NCBI GenBank assembly: GCA_001002285.1
Contig: LCLX01000001.1
Coordinates: 316,895-380,894, forward strand
Direction of reading: 5' to 3'
Source of the DNA: Microgenomates group bacterium GW2011_GWC1_46_15
GTDB taxonomy: Bacteria; Patescibacteriota; Microgenomatia; UBA1400; UBA12028
Length of the DNA stretch: 64,000 nucleotides
The notes below the pieces were generated by a model. It had not been told where the DNA came from and made no database searches. It worked only from the letters and a program-made list of their open reading frames with translations. Position 1 is the first letter of the stretch. Every line of letters begins with the position of its first letter. This document shows, piece after piece, positions 37,587 through 48,419 of this stretch. A program made the position numbers and the translations under genes.

Positions 37587-38522
37587 ATGCCAGAGGTAGA
37601 GCGCGTTTCTGTTATCCTTTTGAACTATCATGCGTATCAAGACACCACCGAGTGTCTGCTTTCGATCAAAAAGGCGAGAAAACATGGTCTTGCGATCCAA
37701 ACGATTGTGGTTGATGTGCGTAATAAGGAAGATGTTGAAGATCAAGACGCGCAGAAACTTTCAAAAAACTTCCCCGAAGTTACCGTTCTTCCAAGTGAAA
37801 ATAAAGGATACACCGGGGGAAATAACGTAGGAATACAACATGCGCTTGAGCATACAAATCCTGACTATATTCTTCTGTTAAACAACGATACGCGTATTCA
37901 TCCCAATCTATTTGAAGAGTTGATAAAAACAGCGCATACGCATAAAAACCAAGGTTTTTTTGTCCCCAAGATCTACTTTGAAAAAGGGAAAGAGTTTCAC
38001 TCTGGTGACTATACCGAAGAAGAACGCGGAAAAGTGTTGTGGTATGCCGGCGGATTTGTTGACTGGAAGAACATGTACGCCTGGCACCGTGGCGTTGATG
38101 AGGTAGACCATGGGCAGTTTGATACGGAAGAAACAACGCAGTTTGCTACTGGGTGCTGCCTTTTGATTCCTGTGCAAACACTGCGCTCCGTAGGCCTCTT
38201 CAACAAAAAATACTTCTTATATCTGGAAGATTTGGAACTTTCACAGCGCCTACATAAAAAAGGTGGAAAGATTTGGTATGTTCCAACCGCGGTTGTTTGG
38301 CACAAAAACGCTGGGTCAACGGGCGGAAGCGGTTCTCAAACGCATGTATACTACTCCACAAGAAACAGGTTGCTCTTTGGGATGACATACGCACCACTCC
38401 GAGTTAAATTCGCGCTTCTTAAAGAGGCAATGGGAAAGCTTTTTCATGGAAAATCGGAGGAAAAAGAAGCAGTGCGTGATTTTTTGATCGGCAAGTTCGG
38501 AGCGCGGACACATACAATATAA
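37587..38522 (+). CDS. GT2 glycosyltransferase (rhamnosyltransferase-like)
   Basis: NKGYTGGNN, LLNND, ATGCCLL, FLYLED, VWHK, YYSTRNRL. Confidence 0.9.
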   Translation: MPEVERVSVILLNYHAYQDTTECLLSIKKARKHGLAIQTIVVDVRNKEDVEDQDAQKLSKNFPEVTVLPSENKGYTGGNNVGIQHALEHTNPDYILLLNNDTRIHPNLFEELIKTAHTHKNQGFFVPKIYFEKGKEFHSGDYTEEERGKVLWYAGGFVDWKNMYAWHRGVDEVDHGQFDTEETTQFATGCCLLIPVQTLRSVGLFNKKYFLYLEDLELSQRLHKKGGKIWYVPTAVVWHKNAGSTGGSGSQTHVYYSTRNRLLFGMTYAPLRVKFALLKEAMGKLFHGKSEEKEAVRDFLIGKFGARTHTI

Positions 38523-38532
38523 AGGAGCATCT

Positions 38533-39348
38533 ATGCCAACAATTTCTGCTGTCATTATCGCAAAAAACGAAGAAAAAATGATTGCAAACTGCCTTGATAC
38601 GCTCCAATGGTGTGATGAATGCATCGTCATTGATAATGGCTCTACGGATAGCACTCCAATGCTGGCAGAACAAGCCGGCGCACACGTTATTGAACTCAAA
38701 AACGCTGGTTTTGCCGAAGCGCGCACAAAAGGGAAAGATGAAGCAAAAAGCGATTGGATTCTATATATTGACGCTGATGAACGCGTTACTCCAAAGTTAA
38801 AATCAGAAGTACAGAGAGTGATATCGTCTCCTGGATATCAGGCATACTCAGTGCCGCGGAACAACATTCACTATGGAAAATGGATGCAGTATGGAGGATG
38901 GGAAAAAGATCGCGTTGTCCGTCTTTTTCAAAAGAAGCACCTCAGCGCATGGGAAGGGAAAGTACATGAACACGCTATTGTTGATGGTGTGACTGGAGAA
39001 CTCCGTGAGCCACTTGTGCACCTCACGCATCGGAACATGAAAGAGGGGCTTGAAAAGTCAATTGTATGGACGGACATCGAAGCGCATTTATTTCTCGCGG
39101 CGGGCCATCCAAACATGACGACACTTCGATTAATAAAAGTGACACTGTGGGAGTTTTTCAGCAGAGTTTTCAAAAAGAAAGCATATAAAGACGGAACTGA
39201 GGGGATGATTGAGGCGATGGTGCAGGCGATGAATCGTTTCTTGGTATATGAACGCGTGTGGGAGCTTCAACGGAAACCATCGTTGGATGAAACATATCAA
39301 AAGATAGAAAAGGAAATCGCATCGCTATGGCGCAAACAAAACGGATAG
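38533..39348 (+). CDS. GT2 glycosyltransferase (WaaE/KdtX-like)
   Basis: AKNEE, IDNGSTD, IDADER, VHE. Confidence 0.9.
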   Translation: MPTISAVIIAKNEEKMIANCLDTLQWCDECIVIDNGSTDSTPMLAEQAGAHVIELKNAGFAEARTKGKDEAKSDWILYIDADERVTPKLKSEVQRVISSPGYQAYSVPRNNIHYGKWMQYGGWEKDRVVRLFQKKHLSAWEGKVHEHAIVDGVTGELREPLVHLTHRNMKEGLEKSIVWTDIEAHLFLAAGHPNMTTLRLIKVTLWEFFSRVFKKKAYKDGTEGMIEAMVQAMNRFLVYERVWELQRKPSLDETYQKIEKEIASLWRKQNG

Positions 39349-40430
39349 GACTGTACTCACCATACGTTCCCGAACACGCTGGAGGCGGGGAACGGTACTT
39401 TATGTCGGTTACCGAAATTCTTTCGGAGTCGCACGACGTTACGATGCTTCTCGCGCGCGGCGGAGACGAGCAAGCGGTGCGGGAAAAATATGAACAGGCG
39501 TTTCATCTCGATCTTTCGCGCGTTCACTTTAAACAAACGGCGATTGGAACACGGGCCTCTTTCTTAACCAAGGTATTGGAAACCGCACAGTACGACGTGT
39601 TGTACTATCTTACCGACGGAAGCCTCTTTTTTAGCCTGGCTAAACGCAATATCTTACATATCCAATTTCCGTTTGCGTTTGTGCAGTCAGGCCTCATAAA
39701 CAGAGTAAAGTTGTGGAACTGGCATATCTGTAACACAAACTCCGCGTTCACAAAAAAAATTATTGAGCAGTGGTGGAAAATTTCGGTTCCTTTTGTCCAC
39801 TATCCGTATGTTGATTCAGCGCTTTATGTGCCGGCAACAAAAGAACAGATTATTCTTTCTGTTGGTCGGTTTTTTTCCGGTGAAAAATCAGTCATGCACT
39901 GCAAGCGTCAAGATATCATGGTAAAGGTATTCCGCTCGATGGTTAATCATGGATTAAAAGGATGGAAACTTGTGCTGATTGGGAGCATTGACCCCGGTGA
40001 GGACAACGCGGCATACGCGGCGCGTGTAGCAACGGCTGCAAAAGGATATCCCATCAAAATTTTGCACAATGCATCGTTCGATATGCTTAAACAATACTAT
40101 GCCGTTTCATCGGTATACTGGCACGCGGCGGGTTTTAGCATTGATGAAGAAAAAGAGCCTACAAAAGTCGAACATTTTGGTATTTCTCCACTGGAAGCGA
40201 TGTCTTCGGAAGCAGTACCCGTTGTTGTTGGAAAAGGCGGATTAAAAGAAATTGTTGAACATGGTGTTTCCGGTTTTCTTTGGCAGACCGAGGAAGAACT
40301 TACGCGCAATACCGCGCAGCTGATTGAGAATCACGATATGATGGAAACAATGGGACAGAAAGCCCGTGAACGCGCCAAGTTTTTTAGCAAAGAGCAGTTC
40401 CGTAAAACACTTGAGGAAATGATAGGATGA
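39327..40430 (+). CDS. GT4 (GT-B) glycosyltransferase
   Basis: GGGERY, SVGRFF, KRQD, EHFGISPLEAM. Confidence 0.9.
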   Translation: MAQTKRIGLYSPYVPEHAGGGERYFMSVTEILSESHDVTMLLARGGDEQAVREKYEQAFHLDLSRVHFKQTAIGTRASFLTKVLETAQYDVLYYLTDGSLFFSLAKRNILHIQFPFAFVQSGLINRVKLWNWHICNTNSAFTKKIIEQWWKISVPFVHYPYVDSALYVPATKEQIILSVGRFFSGEKSVMHCKRQDIMVKVFRSMVNHGLKGWKLVLIGSIDPGEDNAAYAARVATAAKGYPIKILHNASFDMLKQYYAVSSVYWHAAGFSIDEEKEPTKVEHFGISPLEAMSSEAVPVVVGKGGLKEIVEHGVSGFLWQTEEELTRNTAQLIENHDMMETMGQKARERAKFFSKEQFRKTLEEMIG

Positions 40431-41335
40431 ACGTTTCGTTTGTCATTCCGAACTACAACGGAAAACATCTTCTGCAAAAACACCTGCCCGCGGTGCTTGC
40501 TTCTGCCCGCGGTGGTGATGAAGTTATTGTGGTGGACGATGCCTCAACTGATGGCTCTGCAGAGTTTATAAAAGCAACTTTCCCGCAGGTACGCGTTCTC
40601 GTTCAGCAAAAAAATATGCGGTTTGCTGAAGCGTGCAACGCTGGAGTTCATGCGGCAAAACATCCGCTTGTTTTTCTTTTGAATACCGATGTTTCTCCAG
40701 AAAAAGATGCGCTTTCATATCTCGTTCCTCATTTTGAGGATAAAAATGTATTTGCGGTTGGATGTTTGGAACTCGATGATACGGGAAAACAAAGCGGGAG
40801 AAGTTCCGGAAGTTTTCAACGCGGATTTTTGATTCATAAAAGAGCAGAAAATCAGAATGCGCCGCAAACGCTTTGGGCTGCGGGTGGAAGTATGATGGTA
40901 AAAAAAGAGCTGTGGGAATCACTCGGAGGGATGGATCATCTTTTCCGGCCGGCATACTATGAGGACATTGATTTGAGTTACCGCGCACAAAAACTTGGAT
41001 ACACCGTTGCTTTTGAGCCGCGCGCAAAAGTACACCATCACCATGAATCAACAAATCCATCGGCGTTAGGAAAAAACCAGATGCACATCTACGCATTTAA
41101 AAACTCTTTCTTATTTATCTGGAAAAACGTGACGGATACACAACTTCTTATTCAACATCTTCTTTGGTTGCCGTATCACTTTGTTATAACGGGATGGAGA
41201 AGTTCCGGATTTTTCGTTCTTGGATTTTTTATGGCACTGTTCCAACTACCCGAAGCGTTGCATAAACGGTGGTTGCTTCAAAAAAGATGGAAACGTACCG
41301 ATAAAGAAGTTATAAACAGGGTAAACGCTATATGA
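40427..41335 (+). CDS. GT2 glycosyltransferase (rhamnosyltransferase-like)
   Basis: IPNYNG, VDDASTDGS, LLNTD, YYEDIDLSYRA. Confidence 0.9.
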   Translation: MNVSFVIPNYNGKHLLQKHLPAVLASARGGDEVIVVDDASTDGSAEFIKATFPQVRVLVQQKNMRFAEACNAGVHAAKHPLVFLLNTDVSPEKDALSYLVPHFEDKNVFAVGCLELDDTGKQSGRSSGSFQRGFLIHKRAENQNAPQTLWAAGGSMMVKKELWESLGGMDHLFRPAYYEDIDLSYRAQKLGYTVAFEPRAKVHHHHESTNPSALGKNQMHIYAFKNSFLFIWKNVTDTQLLIQHLLWLPYHFVITGWRSSGFFVLGFFMALFQLPEALHKRWLLQKRWKRTDKEVINRVNAI

Positions 41336-42834
41336 ACCGCAGAGATATGATGATTTTTGTGTTGATTCTCATTCTTGCAGTGTTTTTGCGTTTTTTCCAC
41401 TTAGGTAGTTTGCCAATTGGCCTCACTTGGGATGAGGCGGCGATCGGATACAGCGGATTTGGCATTATGTCGGTTCACCGCGATGAGTGGTTGAATAAAA
41501 TGCCGATCGTGTTCAAATCTTTTGGTGACTACAAGGCGGCGGTGGCAATATACGCTGATGCAATCACCACGTGGATGTTTGGTCTCGACACGTTTGGTAT
41601 CCGCTTTCCGATGGCGGTAGCGGGTGTGATAACCACCGCAACTTCGTATTGGCTGGGATTATTTCTGTTTAAAGAGAAAAAATATGCGTTTCTCCTCATG
41701 GGACTTTTGGCTGTTTCTCCGCTGAATATTCATTACTCAAGAATGGCGTTTGAATCCGGCATTGCGGTCATGCTCGTAACGATTGGGTTTACATTGTTGT
41801 TCTATGCGCAAAAAAAGACAGCACTTTATTTCCCAGCTGCTTTTTCTCTCGTTCTTTCGCTCTACGCGTATCACAGCACAAAGATTGGTGTCCCGCTTTT
41901 TCTTTTTGTGTATGTTTTGGTATTTTGGAACATCATAAAGAAACAGATTGGTATTATTGGTTTAGCAGGTTTGTTCGGTGCAGTTTTACTCTTTCCTTTA
42001 GCAAAAGAAATGATGTACGGCAACGCTGCAGCGCGGTTTGCGATGACTTCGGTTATTTCTACGCCGGCGGAACTAAAACCTTTGCCGGAAGTAGTGAGTA
42101 TTATTGGTGAAAACTATGCAAAACATTTTAATTTCTCCTTTTTACTACAAGGAAAAACGCCGATTTACCGGCACGGAAACAATGTGTTTGGAATTCTTTC
42201 GCTTGTTGAGTTTGTGTTGATGTGCGCGAGCATAATTTCATGTATGCAGAAAGAAACACGGAAAAAGTTTTGGTGGATCCCCATCTTCATTCTTGTAGCA
42301 ATATTTCCGGCCGCAATAAGTGATGATGCTCCGCACAGCAATCGTGCGCACATTATTATTCCATGGATTCAAATGCTGGCGGTTATGGGATACATCTATG
42401 TTGAAAAATTCTTTCCCAAAAAAGCTTTTTTCTTTGGAGTTGTAACACTTCTTCTCATTCAAACAGCTTGGTACGCGCGGATTTACCAGCGCGTGTATAC
42501 ATATGACAGCGCCCGTGATTTTCAATATGGATATAAAGAAGCAGTGTTGTACGCGAAGTCGCAGGAGGGCAAAGTAGACAAAGTATTGCTCACAAGCGCG
42601 TATGGTCAGCCGTATATTTATGTTCTGCTCTATAAAAAACTTACTCCAATTGAGTATCAGCAGGGGGCGCTCGCGAACTATGAAATACGTGATCTCAAAT
42701 GGGACCAGGATAAAAATAGAAAAAATGCGTTGATTATTGGAACACCTTGGGAAATTCCAGCAAACGCAGACCATATTGTAAAAGAAATTCACTATCCCGA
42801 CGGGGAAGTTGCATTTAGGATTGTCAAACAATGA
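41332..42834 (+). CDS. GT-C glycosyltransferase, tandem paralog 1
   Basis: WDEAAIGY, SFGDYK, SRMAFE, YAYHS, FQYGYK. Confidence 0.85.
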   Translation: MNRRDMMIFVLILILAVFLRFFHLGSLPIGLTWDEAAIGYSGFGIMSVHRDEWLNKMPIVFKSFGDYKAAVAIYADAITTWMFGLDTFGIRFPMAVAGVITTATSYWLGLFLFKEKKYAFLLMGLLAVSPLNIHYSRMAFESGIAVMLVTIGFTLLFYAQKKTALYFPAAFSLVLSLYAYHSTKIGVPLFLFVYVLVFWNIIKKQIGIIGLAGLFGAVLLFPLAKEMMYGNAAARFAMTSVISTPAELKPLPEVVSIIGENYAKHFNFSFLLQGKTPIYRHGNNVFGILSLVEFVLMCASIISCMQKETRKKFWWIPIFILVAIFPAAISDDAPHSNRAHIIIPWIQMLAVMGYIYVEKFFPKKAFFFGVVTLLLIQTAWYARIYQRVYTYDSARDFQYGYKEAVLYAKSQEGKVDKVLLTSAYGQPYIYVLLYKKLTPIEYQQGALANYEIRDLKWDQDKNRKNALIIGTPWEIPANADHIVKEIHYPDGEVAFRIVKQ

Positions 42835-44441
42835 AGTACTGGAAACTCTTTTTGATATTCATTTTGCTTCTGGCAGCGTTTTTACGGCTATATAAGATAA
42901 CTTCCATTCCTCCTTCGTTGTATTGGGAAGAGACTGCGCTTGGATATGACGCGTACTCCATTATGCAAACTGGCAAAGATTATCATGGGAATATTCTGCC
43001 CATACTTGCCCTCTCATCATTTGGCGACTACAAACCCTCAGGATATTTTTACGCGATTGTTCCTTTTATGCGTGTGTTCGGTCTGAGTGAACTCGCCGTG
43101 CGCTTGCCTTCGGCGTTTGCGGGAATAGCAACGGTGTTTGTCGTGTATGCGATTGGTTCCGCGTTGTATAACAAGAAAATTGGTTTGTTTGCCGCGCTTT
43201 TTTATACGATTCAACCGTGGAGCATTCAGCTTTCGCGTGTTGGGTTTGAAACAAACCTTGCGACGTTTTTATTGGCAATGGGAGTACTTTTGTCAATAAA
43301 AGCGGAGAAAAAAACATGGTTGTACGTGGTGTCAGCTTTATTTTTCGGATTATCGGCGTATACATATCACTCGGAACGCATTGTTGCCCCATTATTCGGC
43401 CTCGTCGTAGGTGTACGTTTTCTTTTTTCATATCTACGTAGTCCAAAAAAGGGAAAACCATCACTTGGTTGGGCAGTTGCAACGCTTTTCATTGGTATCG
43501 CAATGCTTTTTCCGATCCTTAGCAACTTGAAAAATCCAATCATTGCTCACCGCGCGGAAGAAACGAGTATTTTCTCTGACCCAACTCCCGTACTTGAGAG
43601 CAACGCTTTGCGTGCTGAGGATGGAAATACTGTAGTGAGCAGAGTTCTCCATCACCGGTATGTTTTATTTGGCGGGTTGATGCTCCAGCAGTATGTAAAA
43701 AACTTTTCCCCAACATTTCTTTTTCTTACAGGAGATGAAAACAATAGACATGGAACGCACGAGTTTGGTTTGTTGTACCATGTGGAATTTTTTCTCGTTG
43801 CCGCCGGGTTATATATAGTATGCGTGCGAAGAACGTTCCGTCATATGCTACCAGTGATGTGGGTAGCATTTTCCGCGCTTCCAGTTGCGCTTACTGTAAC
43901 TTCACCGCATACGCTTCGATTTGCTTCTGCCGCGCCGGCGTTTGCGTTACTTTCCGCGCTTGGAATAGTTTTTCTTTCAGAAGTTTTTGGGAAAATATGG
44001 CGCAAAAAACTTATCTTAGGTATTCTGGCGATCCTTTGTATTGAATCTGTCGTGTATCTGCACTTCTACTTCACCCACTATCCTGTTTTATCCGCCACAG
44101 ATTGGCAGTATGGATATAAAGATCTTTTTTCATCACTCGAACAACTAAAAAAACCAAATCAGAAGGTTTTTGTCACGCGTGAGCAAGGAAGACCGTCAAT
44201 CTACTACATGTTTTATACCAAACAGGATCCGCGGTATGTTCAATCGCAGGATGCGGTTGTAAAAAAAGATCAACAAGAATTTCTGGAACTCGGTCGATAT
44301 GTATTTGTAGATAATATTCCTCCAGAAAAAGGAACACTCGTCGCGTCCTCACCTTCAAAAATGCCGAAAAACGTACAACCAATACAAACGATTTTAAATC
44401 CTGATGGATCAGTGAGCTGGGTGATTTGGGAGCAACAATGA
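42831..44441 (+). CDS. GT-C glycosyltransferase, tandem paralog 2
   Basis: WEETALGYDAYSI, SFGDYKP, VRLPS, SRVGFE, WQYGYK. Confidence 0.85.
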   Translation: MKYWKLFLIFILLLAAFLRLYKITSIPPSLYWEETALGYDAYSIMQTGKDYHGNILPILALSSFGDYKPSGYFYAIVPFMRVFGLSELAVRLPSAFAGIATVFVVYAIGSALYNKKIGLFAALFYTIQPWSIQLSRVGFETNLATFLLAMGVLLSIKAEKKTWLYVVSALFFGLSAYTYHSERIVAPLFGLVVGVRFLFSYLRSPKKGKPSLGWAVATLFIGIAMLFPILSNLKNPIIAHRAEETSIFSDPTPVLESNALRAEDGNTVVSRVLHHRYVLFGGLMLQQYVKNFSPTFLFLTGDENNRHGTHEFGLLYHVEFFLVAAGLYIVCVRRTFRHMLPVMWVAFSALPVALTVTSPHTLRFASAAPAFALLSALGIVFLSEVFGKIWRKKLILGILAILCIESVVYLHFYFTHYPVLSATDWQYGYKDLFSSLEQLKKPNQKVFVTREQGRPSIYYMFYTKQDPRYVQSQDAVVKKDQQEFLELGRYVFVDNIPPEKGTLVASSPSKMPKNVQPIQTILNPDGSVSWVIWEQQ

Positions 44442-46042
44442 AAAAACTACACGTACTCATATTTTGCATGATTTTGCTGATTGCTGCTGTGCTTCGATTG
44501 TACAAACTCGGAAGTATCCCGGTGAGTATGTACATTGATGAGATTGCGATTGGCGTTGATGCAAAATCTATCGCGCAAACGGGCAGGGATATGCACGGTC
44601 ATTCCTGGCTTACTCCAATGTTTTTGTCGTATGGTGACTACAAACTTCCAGTCTATATATGGATAGCCACCGCTTCGGTCAAAATATTTGGCGCTACAGA
44701 GTTCGCGGTCCGCCTGCCCTCAGCAGTTGCGGGAGTATTGACGGTTTTTCTTATCTATTTTATTTCCGTTGAGTTGTTTGAGAAAAGAAAAGACCGCATA
44801 TGGATTGGTTTGGCCTCTGCTGTGGTAACGGCGGTTCTTCCGTGGAGCGTACTTTTCTCGCGGACAGGATTTGAGGGACACGTCGGCCAAATGTTTCTCC
44901 TTCTTTCAATTCTTTTTGCCTTGTATGCAAGAAAACGGCCATGGTTTATTGTGTGTTCTGCTGTTACTGGAGCTCTCGCGGTGTATACGTACTTCAGCAT
45001 CCGGTTTGTTTTCCCAGTTGTTCTTTTGGCATCATTTATAGTATCCGCAAAGAAGTTTGAATCAAAACATATATTTCGTGGCGTTTTAGGACTTGTGGTA
45101 TTTGGCCTACTTTTAATTCCATTAGTGAGGTCTCCATATTACGCTCCAAGCAACGCCTTTCGTTTATCGGCTTCTAGCATTCTGGATAACACGCAGCGGG
45201 TGCTGTATTCCAATGTATTACGGGCGCAGGATCGTGAAGCGTGGTACTCAAGAGTACTTCATCACCGCGAACTCTACTTTTTGAAGGATTTAATCACGCA
45301 CTATGCGGCACACTTTGATCTCTCTTATCTTTTTATAAGTGGTGACGTGAATCTACGGCATAGTACGGGAAAAACAGGCATTATGTTCTTAACATTTGCT
45401 CCCCTGTTTTTTGTAGGACTCTATGTTTGCACGCGTAAAGAACAAAAAGTTGGCATATTTCTAGCGGTATGGTATTTGATTGCCCTTCTTCCCGCGTCGG
45501 TGCCAAACGAAGTTCCGCACGCATTGCGGTCAATAAACGGAGTCGGAGTTGCTGCTCTATTGTGCGGGCTAGGAGCTGTTGAACTCTATTCATTTCTTTA
45601 CAAAAAACGATTTGGGAAAGTGGTGATCGGTGTATTTGCATGTGCGATACTTTTTAACATTTTTTCATTTCTTCACGACTACACCATACATTATCCAACC
45701 CGATCAAAAAAGGCGTGGTCATACGGGAAAAAACAGATCGCACAGTTTATTGAAGAAGAAAAAACATCATACGATCATGTTATTGTCGCAACTGATGATT
45801 CAATGTATTTATGGGTGCTTTTTTATGGGAACTATGATTTTACCAAAGTTCAGCGCATGCCATTTATCGATAATAAGTTGCAAAACATCAATACGATCAA
45901 TTTCCGTAGGCTTATAGAAAGCGATAGTGAATCAAAACATACATTAACTGTCGGACTTTCTGATGAGGTATACAAAAAAGACGGATTTTATCCCATTCCA
46001 ACAGCACATTCGCAAGACTATATATACAGGAGCCAGCCATGA
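44438..46042 (+). CDS. GT-C glycosyltransferase, tandem paralog 3
   Basis: IDEIAIGVDA, SYGDYKLP, VRLPS, SRTGFE, PHALRS. Confidence 0.85.
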   Translation: MKKLHVLIFCMILLIAAVLRLYKLGSIPVSMYIDEIAIGVDAKSIAQTGRDMHGHSWLTPMFLSYGDYKLPVYIWIATASVKIFGATEFAVRLPSAVAGVLTVFLIYFISVELFEKRKDRIWIGLASAVVTAVLPWSVLFSRTGFEGHVGQMFLLLSILFALYARKRPWFIVCSAVTGALAVYTYFSIRFVFPVVLLASFIVSAKKFESKHIFRGVLGLVVFGLLLIPLVRSPYYAPSNAFRLSASSILDNTQRVLYSNVLRAQDREAWYSRVLHHRELYFLKDLITHYAAHFDLSYLFISGDVNLRHSTGKTGIMFLTFAPLFFVGLYVCTRKEQKVGIFLAVWYLIALLPASVPNEVPHALRSINGVGVAALLCGLGAVELYSFLYKKRFGKVVIGVFACAILFNIFSFLHDYTIHYPTRSKKAWSYGKKQIAQFIEEEKTSYDHVIVATDDSMYLWVLFYGNYDFTKVQRMPFIDNKLQNINTINFRRLIESDSESKHTLTVGLSDEVYKKDGFYPIPTAHSQDYIYRSQP

Positions 46043-47568
46043 AGTTCACAAAAACAACATACATTCTGATCTTTTGCATCATTATTGGTCTTGTTGCGCG
46101 GGTTGCGTTGTTTCCGTCAATTCCTCCTGAATTAAATAGAGATGAGGCGGCGCTTGGATACAATGCCTACAGTATTCTAAAAACAGGAAGTGACGAGTGG
46201 GGCGTACGGTTCCCAGTAACATTCCGCTCGTTTGGCGACTACAAACTTCCTGGATATATCTATACGCTTGTCCCATTTATTGCGGCGTTCGGACTCACAC
46301 CATTGGCAGTTCGGCTTCCTTCGTTACTCGCGGGAGTTGTGCTTATTCCTCTTGCATATTTTTTTGCTGTTCGGCTCACAAAGAACAAAAACATTGGGTA
46401 TGCTACAGCATTTCTTCTCGCAATTTCTCCATGGGCAATTCATTATAGTAGAGTTGGTTTTGAAGCAAATCTTGCACTCACACTTCTTATTGGTGGAATC
46501 ATTCCATTTTTATCAAAAGAAGTCCCGTGGAAATTGTTTTTATTTTCACTCGTTTGTCTTTTTGTTTCATTTATGACGTACAATACTCCACTTATTCTTT
46601 TTCCATTCATACTTGGCGTTTTATGTATGTGGAAATTTTTGTCTTATCGTCAATCTTTTCTATTACTTCTTGTTGGAATCATTTCTTTTGCACTGATTCT
46701 TCCCGCTACACGAGGCAAGGGAACAATTACAGTGTTTTCTGATCAAAATTTAGGAGAGCTAAGAAGAGCGGGGCGCATGCAGGATAGTAGCATCATCGGA
46801 AGAATCCAATACAGCCCATTTATATTTTATCTCCCAACAGTGACGAAGAACTACCTCGCGACATTCTCACCATCATTTTTGGTCACTCAGGGAGGAAGAA
46901 ATCCATGGCATCAACCATCTGGTGTCTCACATATGACGTGGCCACTCTATGTTTTATCACTTTTGGGCATGGTTGTGCTTATGCGCGATGCGGTAAAAGG
47001 AAAAGGAGTTGTTCTAGGATTACTTCTATCGGCTCCAATTGCTTCGGCAATCACAACAGATGCGCCCCACGCCACCCGAAGCCTTTTATTTTTCTTCATG
47101 CTTGTCGTATGTGCAGGAGTTGGTCTGGAAAAAATATTTCGATACAAGAAAATACTCGGCATAGTAACGTTAGGAGCGCTTCTCACTGGATTTTTCACCT
47201 ACATGCGCACGTATCTTGTATATTTTCCTGCCCACCCACAACAAGAATGGAGTACTGGAATATCATCGGCAATCCGGCAGGCAGAGAACATGCGAAAAAA
47301 TGATGAAGTGATTACGATTGTCGGCGATACACATTACTCGTACATCTACCCATTATTTGCTTTGCGTCAAGATCCGGGGGAATTAAGAAAAACAGAAAAA
47401 ACATATGGTAAAGATGTTCTAGGTTTTACTCCGGTTCAAAGTTTTTCACACTATCGTTTTGTTGAATCATTAGACAAGGTTCCAGTAAACAGTATTGTGA
47501 TTTTTCAAAAAGACCCGCTCACATTCACTATTGCACGCACGGATAGCTATGGGAAAATAAGCCAATGA
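46039..47568 (+). CDS. GT-C glycosyltransferase, tandem paralog 4
   Basis: RDEAALGYNAYSI, SFGDYKLPGYIY, VRLPS, SRVGFE, PHATRS. Confidence 0.85.
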   Translation: MKFTKTTYILIFCIIIGLVARVALFPSIPPELNRDEAALGYNAYSILKTGSDEWGVRFPVTFRSFGDYKLPGYIYTLVPFIAAFGLTPLAVRLPSLLAGVVLIPLAYFFAVRLTKNKNIGYATAFLLAISPWAIHYSRVGFEANLALTLLIGGIIPFLSKEVPWKLFLFSLVCLFVSFMTYNTPLILFPFILGVLCMWKFLSYRQSFLLLLVGIISFALILPATRGKGTITVFSDQNLGELRRAGRMQDSSIIGRIQYSPFIFYLPTVTKNYLATFSPSFLVTQGGRNPWHQPSGVSHMTWPLYVLSLLGMVVLMRDAVKGKGVVLGLLLSAPIASAITTDAPHATRSLLFFFMLVVCAGVGLEKIFRYKKILGIVTLGALLTGFFTYMRTYLVYFPAHPQQEWSTGISSAIRQAENMRKNDEVITIVGDTHYSYIYPLFALRQDPGELRKTEKTYGKDVLGFTPVQSFSHYRFVESLDKVPVNSIVIFQKDPLTFTIARTDSYGKISQ

Positions 47569-48419
47569 AACTTTCAATCGTTTTAGCGGTGTATAACGAA
47601 GAAAAAAATCTCGCAGAGTGCTTGAAGTCTATAGAACATATTGCTGATGAAATCGTCATTGTTGATGGTGGAAGTACGGATAACACTGTTGAGATCGCGC
47701 AAAAGTTTGGCGCGCGAGTTATAAAAACAACTAATCCACCAATGTTTCACATCAATAAACAAAAAGCGCTGGAAGCCGCAAAAGGCGACTGGATTCTTCA
47801 CCTTGATGCAGATGAGCGGGTAGCACCGGCGTTGGCTAAACAGATTCAGGAGGCAGTCAAGGGATATCCCATAGAAATTGTTGATGCGAAAAAACAGAAT
47901 CTTTTTATCCGCCACCAACAAAATATTGAAGCAAGAGATGGAAAAATTGGAACAGATAAAAGTGAAATCACTGCATATTTCATACCACGATTGAATTTTT
48001 TCTTAGGGGGGTATCTCAAACATGGCGGTGTATATCCAGACGGTGAGATCCGTTTGGTCAAAAAAGGGAAAGCGTACTTTCCATGTAAAAACGTGCATGA
48101 GCAGATGCATATTGATGGCAGAGTTGCGTGGCTTTCTGAAGATCTCATTCACATGGCCGATCCAACGTTCAGCAGATATCTCATGCGCGCAAACCGGTAT
48201 ACAAGCCTTACCGCGAAGGAGTTTGAAAAACAGCACATACCAAAGTTCGGCATATCAGTATTCATGTATATGTTTGTAAAGCCGTTCACCACATTTTTAT
48301 CGCTCTATTTTCGACATAAAGGATTTCTTGATGGATTCCCAGGATTTGTGTGGGCAGTGTTTTCTGGTCTTCATTTTCCACTTGCGTACATGAAATATTG
48401 GGAAAACCATGATGCATAA
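47565..48419 (+). CDS. GT2 glycosyltransferase (WaaE/KdtX-like)
   Basis: YNEE, VDGGSTD, LDADER, YPD, VHE, KGFLDG. Confidence 0.9.
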   Translation: MKLSIVLAVYNEEKNLAECLKSIEHIADEIVIVDGGSTDNTVEIAQKFGARVIKTTNPPMFHINKQKALEAAKGDWILHLDADERVAPALAKQIQEAVKGYPIEIVDAKKQNLFIRHQQNIEARDGKIGTDKSEITAYFIPRLNFFLGGYLKHGGVYPDGEIRLVKKGKAYFPCKNVHEQMHIDGRVAWLSEDLIHMADPTFSRYLMRANRYTSLTAKEFEKQHIPKFGISVFMYMFVKPFTTFLSLYFRHKGFLDGFPGFVWAVFSGLHFPLAYMKYWENHDA

